Assembly (NCBI GenBank): GCA_964452125.1
Contig: CAYVLO010000002.1
Location: 1 to 33,763, forward strand
Length of the DNA: 33,763 nt
Source: an uncultured Anaerolineaceae bacterium
GTDB lineage: Bacteria; Chloroflexota; Anaerolineae; JAAYZQ01
Direction: 5' to 3'
Within the stretch, counting starts at the first letter, position 1; each line of letters begins with the position of its first letter. The notes below the pieces were generated by a model that saw only the letters and a list, made by a program, of their open reading frames with translations, ran no database searches and was not told the origin of the DNA. A program made the position numbers and the translations under genes. Positions 9,427-18,418 of this stretch are shown piece by piece.

Positions 9427-12420
9427 ATGGAACAGAAAACAAATCCCTTGTTGGGTGGACTGAACGGTTTGCTGGAAGGCAAACAAGGCGGCTGGGTTCT
9501 CAATGTGATGATTGCCGTGTTGATGATTTCGGCTCTGCTCTTGCCGCCCGTTTCAGCCCAAGACCGCCTTTTGAACCGAGGTTTTGTGGACATCGATCAG
9601 AAGGACGGCGGATCGGTCCTCGATCCGGATGGGATGCAGGTGGTCGTTCTGTCCGAGGGGTTGGCGGACGATGTCAAGTTGAAGGAAGAATCGGTGCCCA
9701 TGGCCAGTTTCATGGATGGTTCGGCTGGCAAGGAATTGGTCGAAGCCGCCAAGGCGCTTCCCGCTCATTTGCACATCAAAAGCCCCATTTATCAGATGAG
9801 CGTCAAGGGACCGATGCCGACGCAGACGGTGCTCTCGATACCCATTCCAAACAACGCCGAGCCGTACGAGACCCTGTCTGTGTACGAGTGGACGGGCGAA
9901 GGCTGGACCTTTGTGCCTAGCCACGTGATCTATGAGGATGACGTCCTGGAATCGCGCCTGGACTATGTGCCGGGCTCCATTGCTGTGGCATCGAGCACCG
10001 ACCTGCCTCCGCAGGTGAGCGCTGAGCTGCCCGATTATGTTTCCCTTCCCAGCTTGGGCGAGCGAGCCCTAACCGAGTTGAACCCCCTGGGCTACTACCT
10101 GGGGGCCGAAAATGGCATCGAAGGAAGCCTGATCAGCTTGCCCGAGACGGCGGGGCAGGAATCGTACCGTGTGTTGCCCACCCTGAGAAACTGGACGGAC
10201 GACGGCGTGGTGCGCAGTGACCTGCTGGACAATATGCTGGTGGTGGCCGAATCCCGCCAGGCTCACGCCCAGGCCATCGTCGATCGAGTGGTGGCCGAGA
10301 TGTACGCCGGGATCGACCTGGACTATCGCGGCGCGAACCCGAGCTTGCGCGCCGAGTTCACCCAGTTTGTTCAGGTGTTGGCCGAAGGATTGCACGCCAA
10401 TGGCAAGCGCCTTACTGTCCATGTCGAATCGCCTGTTCAGATCGCCGAAGATCGGTGGGAGACCGGTCCCTACGACTGGCGCAAGTTGGGCCAGGCAGCC
10501 GATGCCCTCAAGTTCCCGGCCATTCAGGATCCGGCGGCCTATGCCGTAGGGGGCCAGATGCAGCAGTTGCTGTGGTGGGCCGTGGGCGAGGTGGAGCGCT
10601 ACAAGCTCCAACCCGTGTTCACCACGCGCAGTGTGGAGAACGCCGGCGGCGTGTTGTTGGAACGAACCTACCGGGACGCTCTGGCCGAGTTGAGCAAGGT
10701 GGTGGTCAACACGACTGGAGAGGTTCTGGTGCCAGGCGACCAGGTGGTCGTCAGCCTGGATACGGTGGGCATCCAGTTCGATCCGATCATAGGCCGCTAC
10801 TGGTTTTCCTACATCGATGAAGCCAGCGGTCAGGAGAGAAAGGTTTGGTTGGAGGACGCCAGCAGCCTGAGCCGCAAGTTCGACCTGCTCTCCCACTATA
10901 ATGTGGGGGGGGTGGGGCTGCGGGCCATGTGGGACGACGGCAACGACCCCCGCATTTGGGATCTGGTGCGCGAGTATCAGTCCTCGGTGCAATCCGATGT
11001 GGTTCCTGTAGACAGCAATTTCTCGGTGGTTTGGAGTGTGGAAAACACCGCCAGTGGCCAACGCCTGGAAGAGGCCAGCAGTCTGGATCAGCATAGCTAC
11101 ACCTGGACGGCGCCCAGCGAACCGGGCCAGTATGAAATCGGCGCGTCGATTGTGGCCAATAATGGGCAGACCGTGGCGGGTGACAACCGGGTGGCGCTGG
11201 TCGTCGCCCAGCCCACTTCCACCCCGACGCCTACCCCCAGTCCTACGCCGATCCCGACGGAAACCCCGACGCCGGTGCCCACCGCGACTCCGGCGCCGAC
11301 GGCCAAACCTCAGACCCAAACGACGGCGCCCAAGGCCACGGCTGTGCCCCAAACGAGCAGCGGCGCCAACCGGGTCAACACCAATTTTGGTTACGGTATC
11401 CAGGCCCACATGGTGCACAATGGACAGGCCGGAACGGTGATGGCCAAGACCAAGGAAATGGGCTTTGGTTGGGTCAAGCAACAGGTCGAATGGAAGCACT
11501 TTGAACCCGACAAGGGCAACTATCAATGGCCCGCGTTGGATGAGATCGTCGCCGCCGCCGACGGCGCCGGGATCAAGATCTTGTGGAGTGTGGTCAACGC
11601 GCCCTCTTGGTCCCGTGGCGGCCAAGATCTGGGAGTGGGTGGCCCGCCCAACAACCCGGCCGATATGGGCGATTTCCTGGGCGCCATGGCAAGCCGGTAT
11701 TGCGGCAGCAGCGTCAAGGCCATCGAGGTCTGGAACGAGCAGAACTTGCATTACGAGTGGGGCAACATGAAGATCGACCCTGCCGCCTATATGCAACTGC
11801 TCAAGGTAGGCTATAACCGAATCAAGCAGGCGTGCCCGAGCATGATCGTGGTCAGCGGTGCACTGACGCCCACCGGCGCTCCACCGCCCAAGGCTATGGA
11901 CGATTATGCCTATCTGGAAGGCATGTATCAAAACGGGCTCAAGCAGTATAGCGACGCCATCGGCGCCCACCCCAGCGGCTTTAACGTTGCGCCTTCCATC
12001 AAGGGGGGGCAAGCGGCGTGCGACTTTATCACGCAGCAGGGCTCGTCGTTCCGGGGTCCCTGCAACACGCTCCACCATTCCTGGAGTTTTTACGCCACGC
12101 TGAATGGCTACTACAACATCATGAAAAAGTACGGCGATGGCGGCAAAAAGATCTGGCCGACCGAGTTTGGCTGGGCCACGAATTGGATTGGCGATGCCAG
12201 CTATGGCTATGCTCAGGACAATTCGCGGGAGGAGCAAGCGAACTGGACCGTCGAAGCGTACAAGCTGATGAAACAGTGGGGCTTTGTGGGTACGGCTTTC
12301 TTATGGAACCTCAACTTTGAGGTCGTGGCTCCGGGCACCGAAAAAGCCCAGTGGGCCATCCTGAATGGCGATTGGAGCCATACTCTGACCTACAACAAGC
12401 TTAAAAGCATGGCCAAGTAG
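9427..12420 (+). CDS. membrane-anchored multidomain glycoside hydrolase: GH18-like domain, PT linker, clan GH-A (GH5-like) TIM-barrel domain
   Basis: SD GGAGGAGG before the ATG at 9427. N-terminal TM anchor GGWVLNVMIAVLMISALLL. GH18-like GIDLDYR segment. PTSTPTPTPSPTPIPTETPTPVPT linker. C-terminal domain has VWNEQN (acid/base NE) and PTEFGW (nucleophile). Confidence 0.8.
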   Translation: MEQKTNPLLGGLNGLLEGKQGGWVLNVMIAVLMISALLLPPVSAQDRLLNRGFVDIDQKDGGSVLDPDGMQVVVLSEGLADDVKLKEESVPMASFMDGSAGKELVEAAKALPAHLHIKSPIYQMSVKGPMPTQTVLSIPIPNNAEPYETLSVYEWTGEGWTFVPSHVIYEDDVLESRLDYVPGSIAVASSTDLPPQVSAELPDYVSLPSLGERALTELNPLGYYLGAENGIEGSLISLPETAGQESYRVLPTLRNWTDDGVVRSDLLDNMLVVAESRQAHAQAIVDRVVAEMYAGIDLDYRGANPSLRAEFTQFVQVLAEGLHANGKRLTVHVESPVQIAEDRWETGPYDWRKLGQAADALKFPAIQDPAAYAVGGQMQQLLWWAVGEVERYKLQPVFTTRSVENAGGVLLERTYRDALAELSKVVVNTTGEVLVPGDQVVVSLDTVGIQFDPIIGRYWFSYIDEASGQERKVWLEDASSLSRKFDLLSHYNVGGVGLRAMWDDGNDPRIWDLVREYQSSVQSDVVPVDSNFSVVWSVENTASGQRLEEASSLDQHSYTWTAPSEPGQYEIGASIVANNGQTVAGDNRVALVVAQPTSTPTPTPSPTPIPTETPTPVPTATPAPTAKPQTQTTAPKATAVPQTSSGANRVNTNFGYGIQAHMVHNGQAGTVMAKTKEMGFGWVKQQVEWKHFEPDKGNYQWPALDEIVAAADGAGIKILWSVVNAPSWSRGGQDLGVGGPPNNPADMGDFLGAMASRYCGSSVKAIEVWNEQNLHYEWGNMKIDPAAYMQLLKVGYNRIKQACPSMIVVSGALTPTGAPPPKAMDDYAYLEGMYQNGLKQYSDAIGAHPSGFNVAPSIKGGQAACDFITQQGSSFRGPCNTLHHSWSFYATLNGYYNIMKKYGDGGKKIWPTEFGWATNWIGDASYGYAQDNSREEQANWTVEAYKLMKQWGFVGTAFLWNLNFEVVAPGTEKAQWAILNGDWSHTLTYNKLKSMAK

Positions 12421-12442
12421 GGAGTTTTGCATCGCATCGGAC

Positions 12443-12469
12443 CAGGGCACGGGCAAGTCCCGTGCCCTG
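12443..12469 (+). terminator. GC-rich hairpin just after the 997-aa gene stop
   Basis: CAGGGCACGGG (12443-12453) pairs with CCCGTGCCCTG (12459-12469). Loop CAAGT. No clean U-tract. Confidence 0.5.
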
Positions 12470-12552
12470 TCACGTCTGTTGCCAGTGCCTCACGGTATGT
12501 TTGATAGATAGGCCTTCCATAGCCTGTGGGGGGTCGATGGCGGGTGAAAACC

Positions 12553-13983
12553 ATGACACGAGACATTGATTTGAAACCTGAAAAGAACGCCAAGCCCAAT
12601 GGTGGAAACCGGATGATGCTCGCGATCACGATCCCTTTGGTCGTCAGCATCGTGGTGGCCTTGTTGTTCTTGGGCGGGGTCATCGTATCGCGCCTTGCGG
12701 CCAAACCGGAACCCACGGCCAGCCCGACCGTTACCCTGGTGCCGACCTTTACGGCGACGGCTGTGGCTGAGGAACCTCTGCCCCCTGCCACCGAGACGCC
12801 TGCCGAACCTTTGGCTACACCAGAACCGGTCCAGACCTCGACGGGAGAGAACGTGGAGCCAACCGCCTCACCGTCCGTGCAGCCCCCCTCTTCGGGGCCG
12901 GTGCAGGTGGCCTCGCCCGACTATGGCATTCAGGCCTTTTTGTGGTGGCAACCCGAAGTGGCCCACCGAGATCTCAGTCTGATCCGCGATGGGGGGTTCA
13001 CTTGGGTCAAGCAGTGGTTCGCCTGGAGCGATATCGAGGGGCAGGGCAAGGGCCAATATGACTGGAGCACGGCCGATCGCGTCGTGGATATGGTGGACGA
13101 GTTTGGGTTGAACCTGCTGGTGCGGGTGGATCACGCCCCGGCCTGGGCGGGCGCACCCCCCGAAAACCTCGATCACTTTGCCGACTTTTTGACTGCCCTT
13201 GCCACCCGGTACAAGGGCCGCATCGACGCTTACCAGATCTGGAACGAGCCCAACCTGGCCCGCGAGTGGGGTAACAATCCGCCCAACGCCCAGGAATACA
13301 CCCAGATGCTCAAGCGTGGCTACGAGACCATCAAAAGGATCGATCCCAATGCCCTCATCGTGAGCGCGGGCATGGCGCCCACCACCGAGCTGAGCCAGCG
13401 GGCGGTGCCCGATACCCAGTTTGTCCAGTCTATGTACAAGGCCGGGGCGCAGCCCTACTTTGATATGTTGGGCGCCCATGGGGCAGGCTACAAGGCGCCG
13501 CCCGAGATGGATCCGGGCGATGTGGCTAACGATCCCAACTATTATAATGTGGGCGATCCCAACTGTCCGGGTGCGGGCTGCCGCATTTACTGCTTCCGCC
13601 ACGTCGAGGACTTGAGGCAGATCATGGTGGACAATGGCGATGCCAACAAAAAGGTGACCGTGTTAGAGTTTGGCTGGACCATGGACGAGCGACCCGATAG
13701 CCCCTATTACTGGCACCGGGTGGCCGACCAGTTTGTGCAGGGCGACTATATGGTGCGCGCCTACAAGTATGCCAAGGAACACTGGCAGCCCTGGATCGGC
13801 ATCATGAGTGTGATCTATATGCCCGATGCCAAGTGGACCCAGGCCGACGAGCAGTACTGGTGGTCAGTGATGGAGCCCAGCCAGGTGGATGAGTTGTTCC
13901 TCAAGGCCCCCTACGTCATGCTCTGCGAGTACCTGAATGAGGTGCGGGGCTTGCCCCGTTGCCGCTACCTGCCCGCGAACTAG
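12553..13983 (+). CDS. membrane-anchored clan GH-A (GH5-like) glycoside hydrolase, paralog of the C-terminal domain of the 997-aa protein
   Basis: TM anchor MLAITIPLVVSIVVALLFLGGVIV. Pro/Thr/Glu linker. Catalytic-domain motifs IWNEPN and LEFGW. The start is uncertain: ATG at 12553 is used, but the GTG at 12526 and ATG at 12613 are also possible. Confidence 0.75.
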   Translation: MTRDIDLKPEKNAKPNGGNRMMLAITIPLVVSIVVALLFLGGVIVSRLAAKPEPTASPTVTLVPTFTATAVAEEPLPPATETPAEPLATPEPVQTSTGENVEPTASPSVQPPSSGPVQVASPDYGIQAFLWWQPEVAHRDLSLIRDGGFTWVKQWFAWSDIEGQGKGQYDWSTADRVVDMVDEFGLNLLVRVDHAPAWAGAPPENLDHFADFLTALATRYKGRIDAYQIWNEPNLAREWGNNPPNAQEYTQMLKRGYETIKRIDPNALIVSAGMAPTTELSQRAVPDTQFVQSMYKAGAQPYFDMLGAHGAGYKAPPEMDPGDVANDPNYYNVGDPNCPGAGCRIYCFRHVEDLRQIMVDNGDANKKVTVLEFGWTMDERPDSPYYWHRVADQFVQGDYMVRAYKYAKEHWQPWIGIMSVIYMPDAKWTQADEQYWWSVMEPSQVDELFLKAPYVMLCEYLNEVRGLPRCRYLPAN

Positions 13984-14010
13984 CGCCAGCGCTCAATCGA
14001 TCTGGAAATA

Positions 14011-14047
14011 AAAAGAGGCCATCGGCACACCGTCGATGGCCTCTTTT
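14011..14047. terminator. bidirectional intrinsic terminator between convergent genes
   Basis: AAAAGAGGCCATCG (14011-14024) pairs with CGATGGCCTCTTTT (14034-14047). 9-nt loop. Confidence 0.8.
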
Positions 14048-14062
14048 GGATCTTGCGATTGG

Positions 14063-14764
14063 TCAGTAGGTGCGCTGCCAGTCGACGCGAAAGGCGTTCG
14101 CCACACTGGGATCGAATTGGATCTGCACCTTGGGGCTGATGGGATTCCCCGCCGCATCCAGCACGACCAGATCCCAGGCGACCACGTCGTGGCCGATGGG
14201 GATGTTGTACTGACCGCTCTCGGCGCCGCCCTTGGTGGGGGCCGGCGGCAGCGTGTTCCACTCGTTGAGCGCCTGCACCTGGATGCCTTCCAGGCCGTTG
14301 CCGGCGGCATCTCGAACGGTGCCGACCAGGTAGCAGCAGTTGGGATAGGCAGAATCGGCTTTGGGCGGGCCGGCCAACCGGAAGGGGTAGGTCGGCGCGG
14401 GGGCCACGGTTGGCGGTTGGGGCGGCAAGGTCACCGTCGGTAACGGCTCGGTGGGCTCTGGGGGGGGCTGGGTGGCAGCCGGTGTCTCGGCGTCTGCTGT
14501 CGGGCTGGGCAGGTCCACCGGCAGGGTGACCACTGCCGTGGATGTGATCGCCACGGTGGGCGTGACCACCATCACGGTGGGAATGAGGGTGGGCGACGGC
14601 GTCACGGTAGGTCGCGCCGATTCGCTTACTTCGGTGCTTGGCGGTTGGGTGGGCAGGGCGCGGATGGCGTCGCGGCTCGATACAAAGCCGGTGTAGGCTA
14701 CGTAACTGCCCAGGACGAGCACGAGCAAGACAAGAAAGAATCCGAATGCGTATCCTTTATTCAT
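14063..14764 (-). CDS. membrane-anchored secreted protein with a PT-rich linker and a small beta-rich C-terminal domain (carboxypeptidase-regulatory-like fold suspected)
   Basis: N-terminal TM FGFFLVLLVLVLGSYVAY. A long Pro/Thr linker. C-terminal segment is CCYLVGTVRDAAGNGLEGIQVQ. Has its own promoter at 14821-14849. Confidence 0.6.
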   Translation of the reverse strand: MNKGYAFGFFLVLLVLVLGSYVAYTGFVSSRDAIRALPTQPPSTEVSESARPTVTPSPTLIPTVMVVTPTVAITSTAVVTLPVDLPSPTADAETPAATQPPPEPTEPLPTVTLPPQPPTVAPAPTYPFRLAGPPKADSAYPNCCYLVGTVRDAAGNGLEGIQVQALNEWNTLPPAPTKGGAESGQYNIPIGHDVVAWDLVVLDAAGNPISPKVQIQFDPSVANAFRVDWQRTY

Positions 14765-14820
14765 AAAACCAACGTTTTTCGCGAGTTCCAGCGTGGGCGT
14801 GCCGCGCCGTTCTTGCAGGC

Positions 14821-14849
14821 ATTATACTCGAAAAGACCTCTGCGGGCAA
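14821..14849 (-). promoter_or_regulatory. promoter TTGCCC-17-TATAAT for gene 14063-14764
   Basis: The reverse complement of 14821-14849 reads TTGCCC GCAGAGGTCTTTTCGAG TATAAT. Confidence 0.6.
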
Positions 14850-15005
14850 ACAGGTGGGCGGCAGGGGAAAAAGCTCTTATGGTGGCAGTTTGCGAGCCTA
14901 CCTTCGATCATTCGCGTGGATCGGATTGCCGGATCCGGACCCTGACGCCGGACGGATCGGAGAGCCTGATGTGCGCGTTTTTCGAGTTCCCAGGTCTAAA
15001 GCGAT

Positions 15006-17474
15006 TTAGGTCTCAGGGCTGCCCAGGGCGACCTGGACGTGGACCTCGGCCCGGCCCGGGGGCGGGAACGGCACAACGTCGCCGGAGATGGGGCAATCCT
15101 CTACTGTCAGCGCTACCCGATTTCCCAGTCCCACCCGATGGACCGAAATGTGGTAGGTGACCCCTCGAAAGACCCGTTTGGCTTCCAGGTCGCGCCATTC
15201 GCTGGGCAGCACAGGGGCAATTTGCAGTCCGGTAAAGGTGGATCGGATGCCCAAGATCCATTGGGTGATGGCTACATAGTTCCAAGCCGCGGTGCCGGTG
15301 AGCCACGAGTTCTTGGCCTCGCCATGGGTGGGCGCATCGCGCCCGGCGATCATCTGCGCGTACACATAGGGCTCGCAGCGGTGCAGGTCGCTCAGCTCCT
15401 CCCGCGCAGAGGGCTGAATCCGCAGGTAATAGTCGTGGGCCTGGTCGCCGTGGCCCAACAGCGTCTCGGCGATCATGATCCAGGGGTTGGTGTGGCAAAA
15501 GATGCCGGCGTTCTCCTTGTAGCCCGGCGGGTAGGACGAGATCTCGCCCAGGTGCAGATAGTACTGGGAATAGGCCGGTTGCAACAACACGATGCCATGC
15601 TCGGTCGCCAGGCGCTCCCCCACGGAGGCCAGAGCCTTTTCTGCCAGGCCATCCTCCAAGCCGATGCCAGCCATCACACAGATGCCCTGGGGCTCGATGA
15701 AAATCTGGCCTTCCTCGCACTCCCGCGAGCCGATCTTGCGCCCGGCGTCGTCGTAGGCGCGCAAGAACCAGTCGCCGTCCCAGCCATGCCGGCGCACGGT
15801 GGCCTCCATCCGAGCCGCCTCCCGCTCGTAACCCCGCGCCTCCGCCTCCAGGCCCTGTTCGCAGGCGATGGCGGCCATCTCTTTGGCCGCCAACACAAAC
15901 AGGCCGGCGATAAAGACCGATTCGGCGGTTTGGCCGTCTTTGGTGGTGGTGGTTTGAAAGGACTCACCCGGCTCCCGCGAAAAGGTGTTGAGGTTCAGGC
16001 AGTCGTTCCAGTCGGCGCGCCCGATCAGCGGCAGGCCGTGGGCTCCCAGGCGATCCAGCGTGTACTGCACGCTGCGCTGCAGATGTTCGTACAGCGGCTG
16101 TTCAGAGCCTGGTTGATTGTCGTAGGGGACCGGTTCGTCAAGGATGCTTCCGTCGCCCGTCTCTTTGAGGTAGGCGGCCGCGCTCAGGACCAGCCACAGG
16201 GGATCGTCGTGAAAGTTGCCGCCGATGGCGTCGTTTCCCCGTTTGGTGAGGGGTTGGTATTGGTGGTAGGCGCCGCCTGTTTCCAACTGGGTGGCAGCCA
16301 GGTCCAGGATGCGCTCGCGAGCCCGCGCAGGGATCAGGTGCATAAAGCCCAGCAGGTCCTGGTTCGAATCGCGAAAGCCCATCCCGCGGCCAATGCCCGA
16401 TTCGAAATAGGAGGCCGAGCGGGAAAGGTTAAAGGTCACCATGCACTGATAGGCATTCCAGATGTTGACCATACGGTTGGTGTGCACGTCGGGGGTCTGG
16501 ACCTGGAGGGTATTCAGCAGGGTATCCCAATGGGCGCGCAGGGCGGCAAAGGCCGATTCGACATTCTCGCCGTTGCGGTACCGGTCGATGATGGGCAGTA
16601 CCGTCTGCTTGTGGATGGTCTGCGAGCCGGGCGGATCGAACTTGGCGTCGTCCGGGTTCTCGTGGTAGCCCAGCACAAAGGTGAGGGACCGGGTCTCTCC
16701 CGGTTCGAGAATTACCTCCACATGATGGGAACCGATGGGCGCCCAGCCGTGGGCAATCGAGTTCGCCGATTGGCCCCGCTCGACGACGACCGGGTTCTCC
16801 CAGCCGCGGTAGGCCCCCAAGAAAGCATCCCGTTGGGTATCGGCGCCTGCCACGGCCTCGGAGCAGGCAAAGTAGGCAAAGTGGTTGCGCCGCTCGCGGT
16901 ATTCGGTCTTGTGGTAGATCACGCCGTCGACCACTTCGACTTCGCCGATGTTCAGGTTCCGCTGGTAGTTGGTCGAGTCGTCCCACGCATCCCACAGGCA
17001 GAACTCGATGCAGGAGAATACCGATAGGTGGGCCGTGTCCGGGCGATGGTTGGCCACCGCTAGCTGCCATATCTCCAGGGTTTCGCCCAGGGGCACGAAA
17101 TAGCGGGTGTGGGCCTCGATCCCGCGGTAGGTGGAGCCGATGACGGTGTAGCCCAGGCCGTGACGACAGCGATAGTCCTCCAGATCGTGCCGGGTGGGCA
17201 TCCACGACGGCGACCAAAAGGCGCCCGCCTCGGGCCCCGGCCCATCGTCCCGCAGATAGAGGTAGCGCCCGCCGAGATCGAGGGGGACGTTGTTGTATCG
17301 ATAGCGAGTGAGCCGGCGCAACCGCGCGTCGCGGTAAAAGGAATACCCTCCGGCGGTGTGGGAAATCAGCCCGATGTAGGCGTCGGTCCCCAGGTAGTTG
17401 ATCCAGGGCAGAGGGGTATCGGGCCGGGTGATCACATACTCTCGCCGCTCGTCGTCGAAAAATCCGTACCGCAT
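15006..17474 (-). CDS. GH94 cellobiose phosphorylase (cellobiose/chitobiose phosphorylase family)
   Basis: MRYGFFDDERREYVITRPDTPLPWINYLG N-terminus. Internal blocks MVNIWNAYQCMVTFNLSRSASYFESGIGRGMGFRDSNQD and GRADWNDCLNL are characteristic of GH94. SD GGAGGG before the ATG at 17474. Confidence 0.88.
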   Translation of the reverse strand: MRYGFFDDERREYVITRPDTPLPWINYLGTDAYIGLISHTAGGYSFYRDARLRRLTRYRYNNVPLDLGGRYLYLRDDGPGPEAGAFWSPSWMPTRHDLEDYRCRHGLGYTVIGSTYRGIEAHTRYFVPLGETLEIWQLAVANHRPDTAHLSVFSCIEFCLWDAWDDSTNYQRNLNIGEVEVVDGVIYHKTEYRERRNHFAYFACSEAVAGADTQRDAFLGAYRGWENPVVVERGQSANSIAHGWAPIGSHHVEVILEPGETRSLTFVLGYHENPDDAKFDPPGSQTIHKQTVLPIIDRYRNGENVESAFAALRAHWDTLLNTLQVQTPDVHTNRMVNIWNAYQCMVTFNLSRSASYFESGIGRGMGFRDSNQDLLGFMHLIPARARERILDLAATQLETGGAYHQYQPLTKRGNDAIGGNFHDDPLWLVLSAAAYLKETGDGSILDEPVPYDNQPGSEQPLYEHLQRSVQYTLDRLGAHGLPLIGRADWNDCLNLNTFSREPGESFQTTTTKDGQTAESVFIAGLFVLAAKEMAAIACEQGLEAEARGYEREAARMEATVRRHGWDGDWFLRAYDDAGRKIGSRECEEGQIFIEPQGICVMAGIGLEDGLAEKALASVGERLATEHGIVLLQPAYSQYYLHLGEISSYPPGYKENAGIFCHTNPWIMIAETLLGHGDQAHDYYLRIQPSAREELSDLHRCEPYVYAQMIAGRDAPTHGEAKNSWLTGTAAWNYVAITQWILGIRSTFTGLQIAPVLPSEWRDLEAKRVFRGVTYHISVHRVGLGNRVALTVEDCPISGDVVPFPPPGRAEVHVQVALGSPET

Positions 17475-17560
17475 TGTCCCTCCTCGCAGTGGGTGGTCTC
17501 TGGGGCCTGCGGTGGGCTCATGCGCCCGACAGGCCGCTGGGTTCCCTGCCGTCGATTGCA

Positions 17561-17589
17561 AGTATACTTGGAGATGGGGCGCTCGTCAA
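17561..17589 (-). promoter_or_regulatory. promoter TTGACG-17-TATACT for the GH94 gene
   Basis: The reverse complement of 17561-17589 has -35 TTGACG (17584-17589) and -10 TATACT (17561-17566) with a 17-nt spacer. Confidence 0.55.
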
Positions 17590-17632
17590 ACTGGCCCGCG
17601 CGATGGAGCAGGGCTTGGGTGAGAGAGGGTTC

Positions 17633-17661
17633 TTGCCTTCACAGTCAATCTGTGATACAAT
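17633..17661 (+). promoter_or_regulatory. promoter TTGCCT-17-TACAAT of the AbrB-PIN operon, with an inverted-repeat operator in the spacer
   Basis: TTGCCT at 17633-17638 and TACAAT at 17656-17661. The whole spacer (17639-17655) is the inverted repeat TCACAG-TCAAT-CTGTGA. Confidence 0.6.
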
Positions 17662-17700
17662 GGAAGCCGAAAATCGGAAATGCTTCCCAGGAGGTATCAG

Positions 17701-17976
17701 GTGGGTACAGTCAACATTCGGCTCCGGCGTAAAGGAATCCTCACATTACCCGTGAGCCTACGGCGAAAGTATAACCTGGAAGAAAACGATGTCTTTACTC
17801 TAGAGGATCTGGGGAATGGTTCCTTTCTGCTCATACCCAAGGTCTCCAAGGTTGTGAGCCTTGGCAATCGCGTGGCAGAAGTGATGGCTGAGGACGACGT
17901 AAGCCTGGAGGAAATGCTGGAGGCATTGGACAAAGAGCGACAGGACTATTACCGGGAACACTATGGCCAGTCCTGA
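17701..17976 (+). CDS. AbrB/MazE/SpoVT-family antitoxin
   Basis: SD GGAGG at 17691-17695 and GTG at 17701. VNIRLRRKGILTLPVSLRRKYNLEENDVFTLED is a swapped-hairpin AbrB-type DNA-binding domain. Overlaps the downstream PIN gene by 14 nt. Confidence 0.75.
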   Translation: MGTVNIRLRRKGILTLPVSLRRKYNLEENDVFTLEDLGNGSFLLIPKVSKVVSLGNRVAEVMAEDDVSLEEMLEALDKERQDYYREHYGQS

Positions 17977-18418
17977 GCTTTTCTTTGACAGTAGCGCCCT
18001 TTTCGCTGGCATTGTCTCGGCCAGCGGTGCGAGCCGTGCTCTACTACTTCTGGCTGAGGCTGGACAGGTTGCGATCACCATATCCGAACAAGTGGTGGCA
18101 GAAACGGAGCGGGCCGTTGCTCGCAAGATTCCCCGAGCCTTGCCCGAGTTCCGGGAAGCAATCCGCGCCACTGGCCTGCGCATGGTCCGAGATCCCACGC
18201 CCGACGAGATGGAGGCATATGGGAACATCATTTCCCATCGGGCCGATGTGCCCATTCTCGTGGCTGCCATGCGAGTAAAGACAGACTATCTCGTGACCCT
18301 CAATCGTCGCCATTTCACCGATGATCCCGCCGTGGCCGACCGTTCAAACCTCCGCATTGGTACGCCAGGGGACGCACTCATGTGGGTGCGGCGAACCTTG
18401 GCGGAGACACGAACCTGA
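17963..18418 (+). CDS. PIN-domain ribonuclease toxin (VapC-like)
   Basis: LFFDSSALFAGIV (first acidic residue), EQVVAETERAV, ADVPILVAA, and the C-terminal LVTLNRRHF motif. Translationally coupled to the antitoxin. Confidence 0.8.
   Translation: MASPELFFDSSALFAGIVSASGASRALLLLAEAGQVAITISEQVVAETERAVARKIPRALPEFREAIRATGLRMVRDPTPDEMEAYGNIISHRADVPILVAAMRVKTDYLVTLNRRHFTDDPAVADRSNLRIGTPGDALMWVRRTLAETRT

Noticed and set aside
11211-11310. Short periodic CCn-ACn repeats at the DNA level. Also present at roughly 12700-12900 and 14400-14650. Checked as possible CRISPR or tandem-repeat arrays.
   Set aside because: They are in frame within long ORFs and encode Pro/Thr linkers. They lack the constant repeat/spacer architecture of a CRISPR array.
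10069-12237. 722-aa minus-strand ORF antisense to the 997-aa hydrolase.
   Set aside because: It is a mirror-frame artefact. The same pattern recurs at 15039-17027 (antisense to GH94), 24100-26109 (antisense to M14), 30747-32249 (antisense to copB) and 2890-3909 (antisense to clpX). All are Arg/Gly/Pro-rich with no recognisable motifs.
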